Shown: positions 29,451-40,637, counted from the stretch's first letter. The stretch: DNA of 64,000 nucleotides from an uncultured delta proteobacterium (GCA_963713045.1 CAVQKE010000003.1:960001-1024000); one strand, 5' to 3'. Numbers and translations are program-made. Notes: a model not told the origin generated them from the letters alone.

Positions 29451-30677
29451 ATGTCCCTCGCCGCCACCAACCACTACTTCCGGACCGCGGCCCGTCTGAT
29501 GGACCTCGGTGGCCACATCGAGACGCTGCTTTCCTCGCCGCTGCGCGAGATGAAAGTCCAGGTCAGCATCGAGATGGACGCCGGGGAAGTCCACACCTTC
29601 TCCGGTTGGCGCGTGCAGCACGACAACAGCCGCGGTCCGATGAAGGGGGGCTTGCGCTACCACGCCGGCGTCGACGGCGAGGAGATGGTCTCGCTCGCTT
29701 CGCTGATGACGTGGAAGACGGCAGTCATGAACCTGCCCTTTGGTGGCAGCAAGGGCGGCGTCGCCGTCGACCCGGCGCAGCTCAGCAGCAAGGAGCTGGA
29801 ACGGCTGACGCGCAAATATGTGGACCAGCTGGCGGACGTCCTCGGGCCTACCCGCGACGTGCTGGGACCGGACATCAACACCAATCCCCAGGTGATGGCC
29901 TGGGTGATGGACCAATACGGTAAGCACCACGGCCACGCCCCGGCGGTGGTCACCGGGAAGCCGCTCGAACTCGCAGGCTCGCGCGGACGGGAGGCCGCCA
30001 CCGGGCGGGGACTGCTCTACGTCGCGCGTGAAGTGCTGCGCGACTTGGCGCTTCCGCTGGAAGGGGCCCGGGTGGCGGTGCATGGTTTTGGAAATGTCGG
30101 CTCCCACGCCGCCCGCGCGCTCGCCGAGGGCGGGGCTCACCTGGTCGCGGTGTGCGACGTCTCGGGCGGGGTCCAAGAGGCGTCCGGACTGAATTTGCCC
30201 TCCCTCTTCGAGCATGTCCGGCGCTTCGGAGCCGTCCGGGGCTTCCCCGGGGGCAAGGCATGCACCACGGCCGAAGTCCTCACCGCCGACTGCGACGTCC
30301 TGGTGCCCGCTTCCCTGGGCGGCGTCCTCACCCGTGACATCGCGGCGGAGGTCCGAGCCCGGGTGGTCCTCGAAGCGGCCAACGGCCCGACCGAAGCGGA
30401 CGCCGACGCGCTGCTCGAGAAGCGCGGTGTGGTCGTCGTGCCGGACATTCTGGCCTCGGCGGGAGGCGTTACGGTGAGCTACTTCGAGTGGGTTCAGAAC
30501 CTTCAGCACCTCGCCTGGGATGAGGAACGCGTGAATGCTGAGCTGGAGCGCGCCATGAAGGACGCCTACGAGAGGGTGGCCCAAGTCTCGCGCAGCCGCC
30601 AGGTGCTGTTGCGGACCGCCGCCACCATTCTCGCGCTGGGCCGCGTCGGAAAAGCCACCGTGCTCCGCGGCATTTGA
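29451..30677 (+). CDS. gdhA: Glu/Leu/Phe/Val dehydrogenase (glutamate dehydrogenase)
   Basis: GPMKGGLRYH, MTWK, GGSKGG, VTGKP, GFGNVG, EAANGP, SYFEWVQN. Confidence 0.92.
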   Translation: MSLAATNHYFRTAARLMDLGGHIETLLSSPLREMKVQVSIEMDAGEVHTFSGWRVQHDNSRGPMKGGLRYHAGVDGEEMVSLASLMTWKTAVMNLPFGGSKGGVAVDPAQLSSKELERLTRKYVDQLADVLGPTRDVLGPDINTNPQVMAWVMDQYGKHHGHAPAVVTGKPLELAGSRGREAATGRGLLYVAREVLRDLALPLEGARVAVHGFGNVGSHAARALAEGGAHLVAVCDVSGGVQEASGLNLPSLFEHVRRFGAVRGFPGGKACTTAEVLTADCDVLVPASLGGVLTRDIAAEVRARVVLEAANGPTEADADALLEKRGVVVVPDILASAGGVTVSYFEWVQNLQHLAWDEERVNAELERAMKDAYERVAQVSRSRQVLLRTAATILALGRVGKATVLRGI

Positions 30678-30707
30678 GCAAAAGCCGCTGCACCGGCCCC
30701 TTCGACG

Positions 30708-31382
30708 TTAGAGGGCCGCCGCCGGCCCTCGGGCGCAGGCCGCATGCAGCGCCCGGACGCCCGCCGCTGGGCCGCCGGCATGGGCAAAGATGCAGGTCCC
30801 AGCCACGAGGACATCCGCGCCGGCAGCAACCGCCAGCGGTCCAGTCGTCGCGTCGACGCCGCCGTCGACCTCAAGCTCGCAGCCGGGCGCACGTTCCTGG
30901 AGCAGGGCGCGGGCCCGCTGCAGCTTGGAGAGGACCGAGGTGATGAAGCGCTGTCCGCCGAAACCGGGGTTGACGGTCATCAGCAGCAAGAGGTCGAGCT
31001 CATCCACGATGTCCTCGATGGTGTTGAGAGGCGTCGCGGGATTGAGCCCCACTCCCACCGCCTTGCCGAGGGCCTGCACCTGCTGGACTGCTCGGTGCAG
31101 CTGTGGCGTTGCCTCCTGGTGAAGGATGAGCAAGTCGCCTCCAGCCTGGATGAAGGCTTCGGTGTACCTCTCGGGCCTCTCAATCATCAGGTGAATTTCC
31201 AACGGGAGGTTGGTCCCTCGCCGCATCGCCTCGACGATGGGAATCCCCAACGAGAAATTCGGGACGAACGCCCCGTCCATGACGTCGATGTGGAAGCGTT
31301 CGGCGCCGCCCCGTTCCGCGTCGGCGACCTGCTCGCCGAGCCGCCAGTAGTCGGCAGCCAAAATGGACGGGACAATTTTCAC
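30708..31382 (-). CDS. rpe: Ribulose-phosphate 3-epimerase
   Basis: PSILAAD, HIDVMDG.FVPN, HLMI, MTVNPGFGGQ, VDGG. Confidence 0.95.
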   Translation of the reverse strand: MKIVPSILAADYWRLGEQVADAERGGAERFHIDVMDGAFVPNFSLGIPIVEAMRRGTNLPLEIHLMIERPERYTEAFIQAGGDLLILHQEATPQLHRAVQQVQALGKAVGVGLNPATPLNTIEDIVDELDLLLLMTVNPGFGGQRFITSVLSKLQRARALLQERAPGCELEVDGGVDATTGPLAVAAGADVLVAGTCIFAHAGGPAAGVRALHAACARGPAAAL

Positions 31383-32362
31383 CTCTGGAGCCCCTGGAGG
31401 GCGACCCGCGCGGCGCCGCGCATCCCGACCCGGTCATCGAGCACCACCCGCACCGGCACCTGCTCCATCGCGCGGCTGAACCGCCCTTTGTCGACGAAGG
31501 CGGTGCGAAACAGCCGCGGGTCCTGCAGCCGAGCCAGCAACTTGGGAGCGACACCGCCGCCGAGATAGACGCCACCCATGGCCAAGAAGACCAGTGCCAC
31601 ATTGCCCGCCACCGCGCCGTACACCGAGGCAAACAGGTCGAGGGCTTGAGAGCACAACGAGCTCGACTGGTCCAACCCGCACTGAGAAATGACTTTGGCC
31701 CGGTCCTCCTCGGCCAATCGCTCGCCGAGCCAGGCCGGCTCCTCTCCCCGGCCGCTGTCTCGAAGGAAGTCGTAGACGTTGCTCAACCCAGCTCCAGAGA
31801 GAATCCGCTCGTTGCTCACCCGGCCGAAGCGCTTCGACAGATGGAGCATCAGCTCGCTTTCGAGCGCGTTTCGCGGCGCGAAGTCGGTGTGCCCGGCCTC
31901 GGTCGCGAACGGCCGATGGCGCTGACCGTCCCAAATGAGGCCAGCGACGCCGAGGCCGGTTCCGGCTGCGACCACGGCGCGGTTTCCCTCGCTGTCGACA
32001 CCCGGGTTGAGGACCGCCAAATCCGATGGTCCCAGCGACGGGATTCCGTAAGCCAAAGCCTCCAAGTCGTTGATGAGGGAGACCTGCTCCAGCCCGAGCT
32101 CCGAGGCCAACACCCGGCAATCCACGTCCCAGGGTAGATTGGGCGTCCGGACGCGGCCGTCACGCACCGGGCCGGCCAGGCCAAAGGCCGCCCCGCTGGC
32201 CTCGGGCGAGCACTCCTCGACGAACATCCGCACCACCAGTTCGAGCCCGGAAAACTCGCGACTCCGGTAATTGCGCTCGGTCACCAGGACCGGCGTGCCA
32301 TCGCGGACCTCGAAGAGCCCCATTCGGGCGTGGGTCCCGCCGATGTCACCGGCAACAATCAT
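31379..32362 (-). CDS. glk: Glucokinase
   Basis: [44 protein letters not shown]. Confidence 0.93.
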   Translation of the reverse strand: MIVAGDIGGTHARMGLFEVRDGTPVLVTERNYRSREFSGLELVVRMFVEECSPEASGAAFGLAGPVRDGRVRTPNLPWDVDCRVLASELGLEQVSLINDLEALAYGIPSLGPSDLAVLNPGVDSEGNRAVVAAGTGLGVAGLIWDGQRHRPFATEAGHTDFAPRNALESELMLHLSKRFGRVSNERILSGAGLSNVYDFLRDSGRGEEPAWLGERLAEEDRAKVISQCGLDQSSSLCSQALDLFASVYGAVAGNVALVFLAMGGVYLGGGVAPKLLARLQDPRLFRTAFVDKGRFSRAMEQVPVRVVLDDRVGMRGAARVALQGLQR

Positions 32363-33885
32363 GTGTCCCCGTTTTCCCAGTGCCGCCCGTCCTTTTCCAG
32401 GAGAGCGTCGGCCTCCGCCGGACCCCAGCTGCCGGCCGGATAATTGGGAAAGTCCCGCGGCGGCAGCGCCTTCCAGACGTCAATCAGCGGCTGCACCATT
32501 CTCCAGCCAGCCTCGACCATGTCGGCTCGCTGGAAGAGGGTCGCCTCGCCCACCATCGCGTCGTAGAGGAGGGTCTCGTATCCGGTGCTGGGTTTGGCCC
32601 CGAACCAATCCACGTACCGGAAGTCCATCTTCACCGCTCCCATCTCGAGGATGGGCCCGGGCACCTTTGCCCCGAAGCGCAGTGAAATGCCTTCGTCCGG
32701 CTGGATGCGGACGAAGAGTCGATTGGTGGTGAGGTGGCTGACCGAGGTGCGGGTGAAGAGCATGAAGGGAGCAGTCTTGAATTGGATGACGATTTCCGTC
32801 ACCCGCTTCGGCATCCGCTTACCGGTCCGCACGTAGAACGGGACGTGCGCCCAGCGCCAATTGTCGATGTAGAGGCGGATCGCCACCAAGGTGTCGGTGG
32901 TGCTCTCCGGCGACACCTTTTCTTCCTCGCGGTAGCCGCGGACTTTCTGCCCCTTCACCTGTCCCGGGCCGTACTGGCCTCGCACCGCAGCATGCAGAAC
33001 ATCCTCCGGCGAGAGCGGCTGGATGGACTTGAGGAGCTTGACCTGCTCGTCTCGCACCGCGTCGGCATGGAAGGAGATGGGCGGTTCCATCCCCACAAGG
33101 CTGACCAGTTGCGCGATGTGGTTGGGCACCATGTCGCGCAGCGCGCCGGCATTGTCGTAGTACCCACCGCGAGCCTCGACGCCCAGCTCCTCGGCCGCGG
33201 TCACCTGCACATGGTCAATGTAGTGGTGGTTCCAAATCGGCTCGAAAATGCTGTTGCCGAAACGGAAAACGAGGAGGTTTTGGACCGTCTCCTTGCCCAA
33301 GTAATGGTCGATGCGGAAAATCTGCCGCTCGCCCACCACCGCGCGGAGGTCCTGGTTGAGTTTGATGGCGGAAGGCAGGTCATGCCCAAACGGTTTCTCG
33401 ATGACCACCCGCCGCCAGTGTCCGCCGCTCTCTTCGAGAAGCCCGGCGCCCCCCAGCCCCTGGACGATGGACGCAAAAAACTCTGGCGCCACCGAGAGGT
33501 AGAACATGTAGTTGCCGGGCGTCTTCAGTTGCGCGTCGAGCTTGGAGAGAAACTCGCGCAAATGTTTGAACGTCTCAGGCCGAGCGACGTCGCCGGTCAG
33601 ATAGAAAATCCGCTCGGACAAGCCGCTCCATGCGCGCCGCGCCTCGTCCGTCGCCAGGGCCTTCTCGTCGGGCTTGGTCTTCTCTCGGAAGCTGGCGTGG
33701 GACATTTCCGAGCGCGCCACGCCCACCACGCCAATGTCCCGGGCAAGGAAGCCCTGGTTTTGAAGGTTGAACAGCGCTGGGACCAGCTTGCGCTGGGTGA
33801 GGTCGCCGGAGGCGCCAAAAATCACCACCACACAGGGGTCGCCCACCCGCACCTCAGCCCCTCTCGTCGCCGGAGACGCGTTCAC
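32359..33885 (-). CDS. zwf: Glucose-6-phosphate 1-dehydrogenase
   Basis: [34 protein letters not shown] start at 33885 with an AGGGG RBS. Confidence 0.95.
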   Translation of the reverse strand: MNASPATRGAEVRVGDPCVVVIFGASGDLTQRKLVPALFNLQNQGFLARDIGVVGVARSEMSHASFREKTKPDEKALATDEARRAWSGLSERIFYLTGDVARPETFKHLREFLSKLDAQLKTPGNYMFYLSVAPEFFASIVQGLGGAGLLEESGGHWRRVVIEKPFGHDLPSAIKLNQDLRAVVGERQIFRIDHYLGKETVQNLLVFRFGNSIFEPIWNHHYIDHVQVTAAEELGVEARGGYYDNAGALRDMVPNHIAQLVSLVGMEPPISFHADAVRDEQVKLLKSIQPLSPEDVLHAAVRGQYGPGQVKGQKVRGYREEEKVSPESTTDTLVAIRLYIDNWRWAHVPFYVRTGKRMPKRVTEIVIQFKTAPFMLFTRTSVSHLTTNRLFVRIQPDEGISLRFGAKVPGPILEMGAVKMDFRYVDWFGAKPSTGYETLLYDAMVGEATLFQRADMVEAGWRMVQPLIDVWKALPPRDFPNYPAGSWGPAEADALLEKDGRHWENGDT

Positions 33886-33919
33886 GGCTTCCCCTGGCCT
33901 GGCGTTTCCCGGTGCCCGC

Positions 33920-35053
33920 TCATGCCTTTCCTCCCTGAGTGCGCAGCTTGTCGGCAATGGCCTGGAAGAGGTCGTCGAAGGACTCGGCGAATTTCTGTAC
34001 CCCTTCCGTCACCAAGGTGTCGGTGACCTCCTTCATGGAGATGCCCGATTGCTCCAGGGTGCGCATGACATTCTCGGCGCCCTTCAAATCCTCGGTGAGG
34101 CTCTGGCGCACCTTTCCATGGTCGCGGAAGGCGTCGAGAGTCGCCGGCGGAACCGTGTTCACCGTGTCCGGGCCGATGAGCTCCTCGACGTAGAGGACGT
34201 CCGAGTACTGGGCGTTCTTGGTTCCAGTACTGGCCCACAGCACCCGTTGGGTGTGCGCCCCCTTGCCGGCCAGCGCCTGCCACCGGGGACCGCTGAAGAG
34301 GCCCTGGTAGAGGCGGTAGGCGAGTTTGGCATTGGCGATGGCCACTCGACCCAGCACGCCGTCGAACAGCTGGCCACGGCGTTGGTCGACGCCCTGAGCG
34401 CGGGCCTTGCCGACGCGCTTTTCCACCTCGGAGTCAATGCGGCTGACGAAGAAACTGGCGACCGAGGCGAGCTCCGCGACGTCCAGGCCTGCTTTGGCAC
34501 GTCGCTCCAACCCACGCAGGTAAGCCTCGGCCACGGTGACGTACGCTTCCTGACTGAAGAGAAGCGTGACGTTGATGTTGATGCCTTCGCTGATGCACTG
34601 CTCGATGGCCGGAACGCCTTGGGGCGTTCCGGGAATTTTAATCATCACATTGGGCGCACCGAGCGCCTTCCACAGGCGCCGCGCCTCCTCGATGGACCCC
34701 TGGGTGTCGTGGGCCAACTTGGGCGAAACCTCCAGCGAGCAGTAGCCGTCGCGGTGGGCCGAGGATTCCCAGACCGGGCGAAAGATACGGGCGGCGTCGC
34801 GGATGTCCCGCAACGTCAATGCGTCGTAGGCCTGGGACACCGTCTTCCGCTCGAGCGCCAGCGCACCAAAAAGTTCGTCATAGTCGTCGCTTCCGGCCAC
34901 CGCCTTCTCGAAGATGGTTGGGTTCGACGTCAATCCCCGAATGCCGTCCTGGTCGATGAGCTTGCCCAGCGCCCCGGTGGTGAGCAGGCTGCGCTGCATG
35001 AAGTCCAGCCAGACGCTTTGGCCGGCACGCCCGAGTTCTTCAACGCGATTCAT
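33920..35053 (-). CDS. tal: Transaldolase
   Basis: [51 protein letters not shown] at 35053. Confidence 0.95.
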   Translation of the reverse strand: MNRVEELGRAGQSVWLDFMQRSLLTTGALGKLIDQDGIRGLTSNPTIFEKAVAGSDDYDELFGALALERKTVSQAYDALTLRDIRDAARIFRPVWESSAHRDGYCSLEVSPKLAHDTQGSIEEARRLWKALGAPNVMIKIPGTPQGVPAIEQCISEGININVTLLFSQEAYVTVAEAYLRGLERRAKAGLDVAELASVASFFVSRIDSEVEKRVGKARAQGVDQRRGQLFDGVLGRVAIANAKLAYRLYQGLFSGPRWQALAGKGAHTQRVLWASTGTKNAQYSDVLYVEELIGPDTVNTVPPATLDAFRDHGKVRQSLTEDLKGAENVMRTLEQSGISMKEVTDTLVTEGVQKFAESFDDLFQAIADKLRTQGGKA

Positions 35054-35156
35054 GGTGTCTCCCAACGTTTCGTCCCATTCGACTGACAGCACTGGCCGCT
35101 GGACTGCTTCTGACAAGGAGCGCCGCGAAAAGCGAGGCCGGGCGCACGGGGCTGTC

Positions 35157-37208
35157 TCACTTGCCCTGGACCAGCGCCCGCGCCGCCTCGGCGATCCGCT
35201 CGGGCGTAAAGCCGAAGTGCTGGTACAGGTCCTTGATGGGCGCCGAGGCGCCGAAGCTGCGCATGCCGATGATGGTGCCCCGAGGGCCAACGTACCGGTC
35301 CCAGCCTTGGACCGCTGCCGCCTCCACCGACACCCGGGCGGTCACCGCGGCCGGCAGCACGCTTTCGCGGTACGCGGCGTCCTGCTCTTCGAAGAGCTGC
35401 CAGCAGGGCATGCTCACCACTCTGGCGCGAATGCCACCCTCGGCGAGTTGGGCTCGCGCTGCCACTGCCATCGCCACCTCGCTGCCGGTCGCCAACAGCA
35501 GTACCTGCGGGGAACCGCCGGCTGCCTCGGCCAGGACGTAGGCGCCCCGGGCCACCCCCGAGGCGGCGCCGAATTGGCTTCGGTCGAAAGTCGGCAGCGC
35601 CTGGCGGGACAGGACCAGCATCGACGGGCGGTGAGTGGTTTGCATGACGACCCGCCAGCACTCGACAACTTCGTTCGCATCCGCGGGTCGGAACACCAAC
35701 AGCCCTGGCACCGCTCGCAGCGCAGCCAGTTGCTCGATGGGTTGATGGGTCGGCCCATCCTCACCGAGGCCAATCGAATCGTGCGTCATCAGCCACAGCG
35801 AGGGAATCTCCATCAGCGCCGAGAGGCGGATGGGCGTGCGCATGTAGTCGGTGAAGGTAAAAAAGGTGGCGCCATAGCCTCGAAGGCCGCTGAGCACCAT
35901 GCCGTTGACGACAGCTCCCATGGCATGCTCGCGGACCCCATAGTAGATGTTGCGCGCCGCTGGGTGGTCTGCCTCCATCGGGCCTTCGCCTTTGAAGGCG
36001 GTCCGGGTGGAGCCGCTCAAGTCTGCGGCGCCTCCGACAATCCACGGAATCCGCTGGCCCAGGGCTTCCAGCACCTTGCCCGAGGATTCGCGCGTCGCCA
36101 TCCCCTTGGCGTCCACAGGGAAGGCGGTGAGGGCAGCTTCCCAGCCCGCCGGTAGCTCTCGTCGGTCGATGCAGTCCACTTCGTGCGCCAAGTCAGGGTA
36201 TTCGCGGCGGTACTCGAGAAACATGCGTTCCCAGGCCTCGCGGGCCGCCCGGCCCCGCCTCCCCAGTCCCTGCTCGAAGTCTTCGCGAACCCCGTCCGGA
36301 ACGAGAAACTGCGCGTCCTCCGGCCACCCATAGGCCCGCTTGGCCGCGCGGGCTTCCTCCTCTCCCAGCGGCTCGCCGTGGGCGGCGCTGGTGTCCTGTT
36401 TCTTGGGCGCGCCGTAGCCAATGTGGCTGTCGACGATGATGAGCGTCGGCCGGTCGCGCGTCTGGCGAAAGAAGGCAAACGCTGCGGCCAGCTTCTCCAG
36501 GTCGTTCGCATCATCGACGTGAGTGACCGCCCAGCCCATCGCGCCGAAGCGCGCGGCAGTGTCCTCGGAGTAGGAGAGGGCCGCCTTCCCGTCGAGGGTG
36601 ACGTAGTTGTTGTCGTAAATCCAGCAGAGGTTCGACAGCTTCAGGTGGCCAGCGAGCGACGAGGCCTCGGAGGAGATTCCTTCCATCATGCAGCCGTCGC
36701 CCAGGAAGGCATAGACGTTGAAGTCGAAGAGTGTCTTCCCCGCGCGGTTGAAATGCGTGCCCAGCCAGCGTGAGGCAATGGCCATTCCCACGCTGTTGCC
36801 TGCACCCTGCCCGAGAGGCCCGGTGGTGGCCTCCACGCCGGTGGTCAGGCCGTACTCCGGATGACCCGGCGTCCGACTCCCGAGCTGCCGGAAGGCTTTG
36901 ATGTCGTCCAGGGACACCGCTGGACCCGTGCCGACCTTTCCGGCCTTGTCCACCTCCCGCACCCCGGCGAGAAAGAGGGTGGAGTACAGCAACATCGAGG
37001 CATGGCCATTGGAGAGGACGAAGCGGTCCCGGTTCGGCCAGAGCGGTTGCGTTGGGTCATACCGCAGGACGTCACGCCACAGCGCGTAGGCGACCGGTGC
37101 GAATCCCATCGGCGCCCCAGGGTGGCCCGAGTTGGCCTTCTGGACCGCATCAATGCTCAGTGTCCGCAGCGTGTTGATGGCGAGCTGCGCGATGCTTGGG
37201 CTGGGCAC
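35157..37208 (-). CDS. tkt: Transketolase
   Basis: SGHPG, RDRFVLS.GH, TTGPLGQG, GDGC..EG, YDNN, GVREH, THDSIGLGEDGPTHQP. Confidence 0.96.
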   Translation of the reverse strand: MPSPSIAQLAINTLRTLSIDAVQKANSGHPGAPMGFAPVAYALWRDVLRYDPTQPLWPNRDRFVLSNGHASMLLYSTLFLAGVREVDKAGKVGTGPAVSLDDIKAFRQLGSRTPGHPEYGLTTGVEATTGPLGQGAGNSVGMAIASRWLGTHFNRAGKTLFDFNVYAFLGDGCMMEGISSEASSLAGHLKLSNLCWIYDNNYVTLDGKAALSYSEDTAARFGAMGWAVTHVDDANDLEKLAAAFAFFRQTRDRPTLIIVDSHIGYGAPKKQDTSAAHGEPLGEEEARAAKRAYGWPEDAQFLVPDGVREDFEQGLGRRGRAAREAWERMFLEYRREYPDLAHEVDCIDRRELPAGWEAALTAFPVDAKGMATRESSGKVLEALGQRIPWIVGGAADLSGSTRTAFKGEGPMEADHPAARNIYYGVREHAMGAVVNGMVLSGLRGYGATFFTFTDYMRTPIRLSALMEIPSLWLMTHDSIGLGEDGPTHQPIEQLAALRAVPGLLVFRPADANEVVECWRVVMQTTHRPSMLVLSRQALPTFDRSQFGAASGVARGAYVLAEAAGGSPQVLLLATGSEVAMAVAARAQLAEGGIRARVVSMPCWQLFEEQDAAYRESVLPAAVTARVSVEAAAVQGWDRYVGPRGTIIGMRSFGASAPIKDLYQHFGFTPERIAEAARALVQGK

Positions 37209-37508
37209 GGGGACGTACTCCCTTGTGGGCGCGAGATGCCGGGTGGCCCCCGGAGTTCTGCGCTACACCGATGGGTGTGGGCAAGCCGCCGCCGTGTGAC
37301 ACATCCGCAACCCTGATGGCGCTGGGGGGGCCCCACAGTGGCGTCGTAACGGATTCCCCTCAGGGCTTCCACCTGAAACCCACATCCGCGCCAAACATCC
37401 GACAGCGGTCGGCAAACTGCCCGGAGACGAAAAAGGCCGTACACTCCCTGGGCCTCTTCGACCGGGCGGCCCGCCTTCCACTGGGAGCCGGCTGCTACAG
37501 AGCGACGG

Positions 37509-39965
37509 ATGTCCGACACCCGCGCAGCAATTCGCGAGCTGCGTACCCTCAGCGAGAAGCGAAGCCTCAGCGCGCTCACCGAGCTCGAAGCAGCCCGGTG
37601 GATGGCGCTTCGGCGCCAGCTGGGACTGCCCCCGGAGCCACCCAACGTCGAACTGGCCCCGCCCTTCGCGGCCGAAGCGGAAGCCGGTCCTGAGCCGGCG
37701 ACTTCCGCCACCCCAGTCGAGTCGGCGGAGGCGGTCCCAATTCCCACCCTACCCCAGGAGGAGCTGCCGAGGGCGCGGGGTCCGGAGCTGCCCTCTGCGG
37801 CCCCGGTGGGGACAAAGGGGCCAGAGTCTTGGACCGGCCCCTCAATCGACCATCCCCCGAGCGCGACAACGTCCTCCTGGGGCGGTCCTGCGCTGGACGC
37901 GCCTGCCTGGTCGGACGCGGCGGCCGATCGCCCAACGGACCCGGGGCTAGAGGCCCCTCCGCCCGCGCCCTTCGACGAGGCGCCGGCCGCTAGACCTCAA
38001 CCGGAAGTCCCCTCCATGGAGTTGGGCGGCGCTCCGGATGAGCCGCTGCAGCTGGCGGCAGCAGCGGAATTCATCTCCTACGCACGCGACGGCAACGAGG
38101 GCATTGAGTTGCCGCCAGACCCTGGCCACATCGCCTTCGAGGCGCAGGGACTGGCGGACCTCACCGAGGCGGCGCCGAGCGCAGATGCCCTCAGCGGGTT
38201 GTTGTCGGCTCCCGATGTCCCCTGGGTTGTGCCGTCCGGAGAAGCGCCTTCCGCCGTCCAAGCTGCAGAGGCCCCGGGCTTCGAGACGACGGAGCCCGCT
38301 TCTGAAGGCACGGTCGAGGCGTTGGCCGAAAACGAGGGCGCAATTCCCCTGACGCCGGCGCCGATGCCCGCGCTGGAGGTGCGGATGCCCGGGACGCTGG
38401 CCGAGGATGATTCGGCCGTCCGCTTGACGCCGGAGCCGCTTCCGCTGGAAACGCTCGCGCCGCAGATGCTCGCGGACGAGGGGGCTGTTGCGCTGACGCC
38501 TGCCCCAATGCCCTTCCCCCCCATGGAGCCCACCGGGATGGAGGGCGCCATGCCCCTCGCGCCGGCGCCGCTTCCCCTGGAAGCGCTTGCGCCAGCGATG
38601 TTGGCCACCGAGGGCGCGCTCCCTTTGACGCCAATTCCCTTCGAAGCGCTACCACCCGAGGCTAGGGCGCCGGTCGGCTTCACGCCTCAGGCAGAGCTCC
38701 CAGTCGAAGACGTCCCGGTCGAGGCAGCCGCTCCGCGTGAGGAGCCGGACGGTTCCCCGGCCGCCGGGAGGCACAGCCCACCCTCCACTTGGGCCCCCGG
38801 CTCGGCGGCGCCGCCCGTCCTGGGGGCCGAACAATTCGCGAACTCCGGCGAAATGCTTGGCGAGGGCGGCCTCGACCCTTGGCCGGAACCGCTCTCCGCC
38901 GACGCTTCTGTTGAGGAGCCGGTGGAAACCGTCGGCGACGAGGACTTGGTGGAGGAGGTGGTGACGCCGCTGCCGCCCTTCCCGGTCACCTCACCCCCGG
39001 GGAGTGGCGGCATTCGGGGCTTTCAATTCCCGAGGCCCCCCACGGGAGGGGTGCCCGTACCCGTTCCGCCGAGCCCGCCCGCTCGCCGTCAGACGGAGGC
39101 GGCACCCAGCCTCACCTCCAGCGGCGCAGTCCGGGTGCCGGTGGCCGCGTCCGTGGCACCGACGACGCCGGTGCCGCAGCCGAGGCCGGTTCCATCGCCG
39201 AGCCCATTCCTCGTCGCCCCGCGACCGAAGCCGGTCAGCCCGGGGCCGAACCCCGCAGTCTCTTTCAACACGCCGGTGCCCTCCCCTCGTGCGCCCGTGC
39301 CTGCTGCGGTCACTGCGCCCGTCGCCCCCCCGCCTGCCGTACCCGTCAGGACTCCCGCGCCCAGCGCCCCGCAACCGGCGTCCCCCCCTAGGCGCCCTAC
39401 GCCGCCCCCGACAGTCCGGCTCTCCCCGCCTGCTCTTCAGCCGGTGGCCACCGAGGACGAAGGGGCAATGCCCCTGCTCGAGCTGGTGGACGAGGTGGAA
39501 CAGGGACGGCCGGCAGCCCGGCCCGAGGCGCCGCCCGAGGCCAGCCCAGCCCCTGGCACCCAGGGGGTGTTTGGGCCTCCGATGATGCTTAATCCGAGCT
39601 TCGTCGAAGGCGAGCACCGCGTGGTCATTCATACGCTGGAGGGCCAGGTGCACCGTGGCACCGTCAAGGACCTGGACCTCCAAGATGATGTGCTGCCCCT
39701 GCAACAACAGGACGGGCGCGCGGTGCGAATTCCCGCACGGCGCCTGAAGGCGGTCTTTTTCGTTCTCCCGCCCGGAGGAAAGACGTCGCTGTCGCGGGGC
39801 GAACGGGTACAGGTGACGTTCCGGGATGGACGTCAGGTGGTGGGCTACTCTGAAGACCACGCCAGCGGCGAGCCGGGCTTCTTCGTGGTGCCGTCGGACG
39901 CGCGCACCAACACGGCGCGCGTCTACGTCTACCGGGGCGGCGTCCAGTCCATCACCGCCGGGTGA
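37509..39965 (+). CDS. Pro/Glu-rich intrinsically disordered protein with a C-terminal DUF6982-like domain
   Basis: Short N-terminal helical motif, about 650 aa of low complexity, and a globular C-terminus (RVVIHTLEG...LKAVFF...VTFRDG...GFFVVP.D...N..RVYV). Confidence 0.75.
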   Translation: MSDTRAAIRELRTLSEKRSLSALTELEAARWMALRRQLGLPPEPPNVELAPPFAAEAEAGPEPATSATPVESAEAVPIPTLPQEELPRARGPELPSAAPVGTKGPESWTGPSIDHPPSATTSSWGGPALDAPAWSDAAADRPTDPGLEAPPPAPFDEAPAARPQPEVPSMELGGAPDEPLQLAAAAEFISYARDGNEGIELPPDPGHIAFEAQGLADLTEAAPSADALSGLLSAPDVPWVVPSGEAPSAVQAAEAPGFETTEPASEGTVEALAENEGAIPLTPAPMPALEVRMPGTLAEDDSAVRLTPEPLPLETLAPQMLADEGAVALTPAPMPFPPMEPTGMEGAMPLAPAPLPLEALAPAMLATEGALPLTPIPFEALPPEARAPVGFTPQAELPVEDVPVEAAAPREEPDGSPAAGRHSPPSTWAPGSAAPPVLGAEQFANSGEMLGEGGLDPWPEPLSADASVEEPVETVGDEDLVEEVVTPLPPFPVTSPPGSGGIRGFQFPRPPTGGVPVPVPPSPPARRQTEAAPSLTSSGAVRVPVAASVAPTTPVPQPRPVPSPSPFLVAPRPKPVSPGPNPAVSFNTPVPSPRAPVPAAVTAPVAPPPAVPVRTPAPSAPQPASPPRRPTPPPTVRLSPPALQPVATEDEGAMPLLELVDEVEQGRPAARPEAPPEASPAPGTQGVFGPPMMLNPSFVEGEHRVVIHTLEGQVHRGTVKDLDLQDDVLPLQQQDGRAVRIPARRLKAVFFVLPPGGKTSLSRGERVQVTFRDGRQVVGYSEDHASGEPGFFVVPSDARTNTARVYVYRGGVQSITAG

Positions 39966-39993
39966 CTGGCCCCGGTGCTGGCGCCGAAAAGGG

Positions 39994-40575
39994 CTACGGC
40001 TTGGGGTTGAGTTCGGCGTCGATTTGGATGTTCACGTCGTCGCCGACAAGCACACCACCGGTTTCCAGGGGCTTGTTCCAGACCAGGCCGAAGTCCTTCC
40101 GGTTCACCTTCGTCGTGGCCGAGACTCCCCGGCTGAGCTTGCCTCCCATGCCCTTCACCTCGGGGGTAATTTCAGCGGTGAGCACCGCCGGCTTGCTGAC
40201 CCCGTGAATGGTGAGGATGCCCTCAATGGTCAGCTGTCCGCCCTGACCGGGAGAGACTTTGGTCGACTTGAAGGTGATGGTCGGGTACTTCACCGCGTCG
40301 AAGAAGTCCGGCGATTTCAGGTGACCGTCCCGCTTCGGTTCGCGCGTGTCCACCGTGTCCACGGGGATGGTTGCCTCGACGGTACTTTTGGTGACGTCCT
40401 TGTCGTCGAGGTGCACCGAGCCGGTCACCCCGCTGAAGGCTCCACGGACGGTGGAAACCATCATGTGCTTGACTGCGAACTGAGCGCTGGTGTGCGCCGA
40501 GTCAAAGACCCAATCCGAAGCGTGCGCGGACAACGGGAAAGCGAAGACGGCGAGAGCAGCGATGGCAGAACGCAT
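39994..40575 (-). CDS. yceI: YceI family lipid/polyisoprenoid-binding protein
   Basis: Signal peptide; D.AHTS.QF.VKHM..STVRG.F, RD.HLKS.DFFD, LTIHGV, R.DFG. ATG at 40575. Confidence 0.92.
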   Translation of the reverse strand: MRSAIAALAVFAFPLSAHASDWVFDSAHTSAQFAVKHMMVSTVRGAFSGVTGSVHLDDKDVTKSTVEATIPVDTVDTREPKRDGHLKSPDFFDAVKYPTITFKSTKVSPGQGGQLTIEGILTIHGVSKPAVLTAEITPEVKGMGGKLSRGVSATTKVNRKDFGLVWNKPLETGGVLVGDDVNIQIDAELNPKP

Positions 40576-40637
40576 CTGTCTCCTCGGTTGATGGTGAGGC
40601 AGCGATGCATACTCGGCCCCAGCCGCCGATGCACGGC

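Noticed and set aside
27762..30584. 940-aa minus-strand ORF (likewise 19482..22151 and 7184..8809)
   Set aside because: Antisense shadows of well-supported genes in GC-rich DNA, with no recognisable motifs.
37405..37460. GGCAAAC...GACG motif resembling a c-di-GMP-I riboswitch
   Set aside because: It lacks the GNRA-capped stem and the P3 receptor helix.
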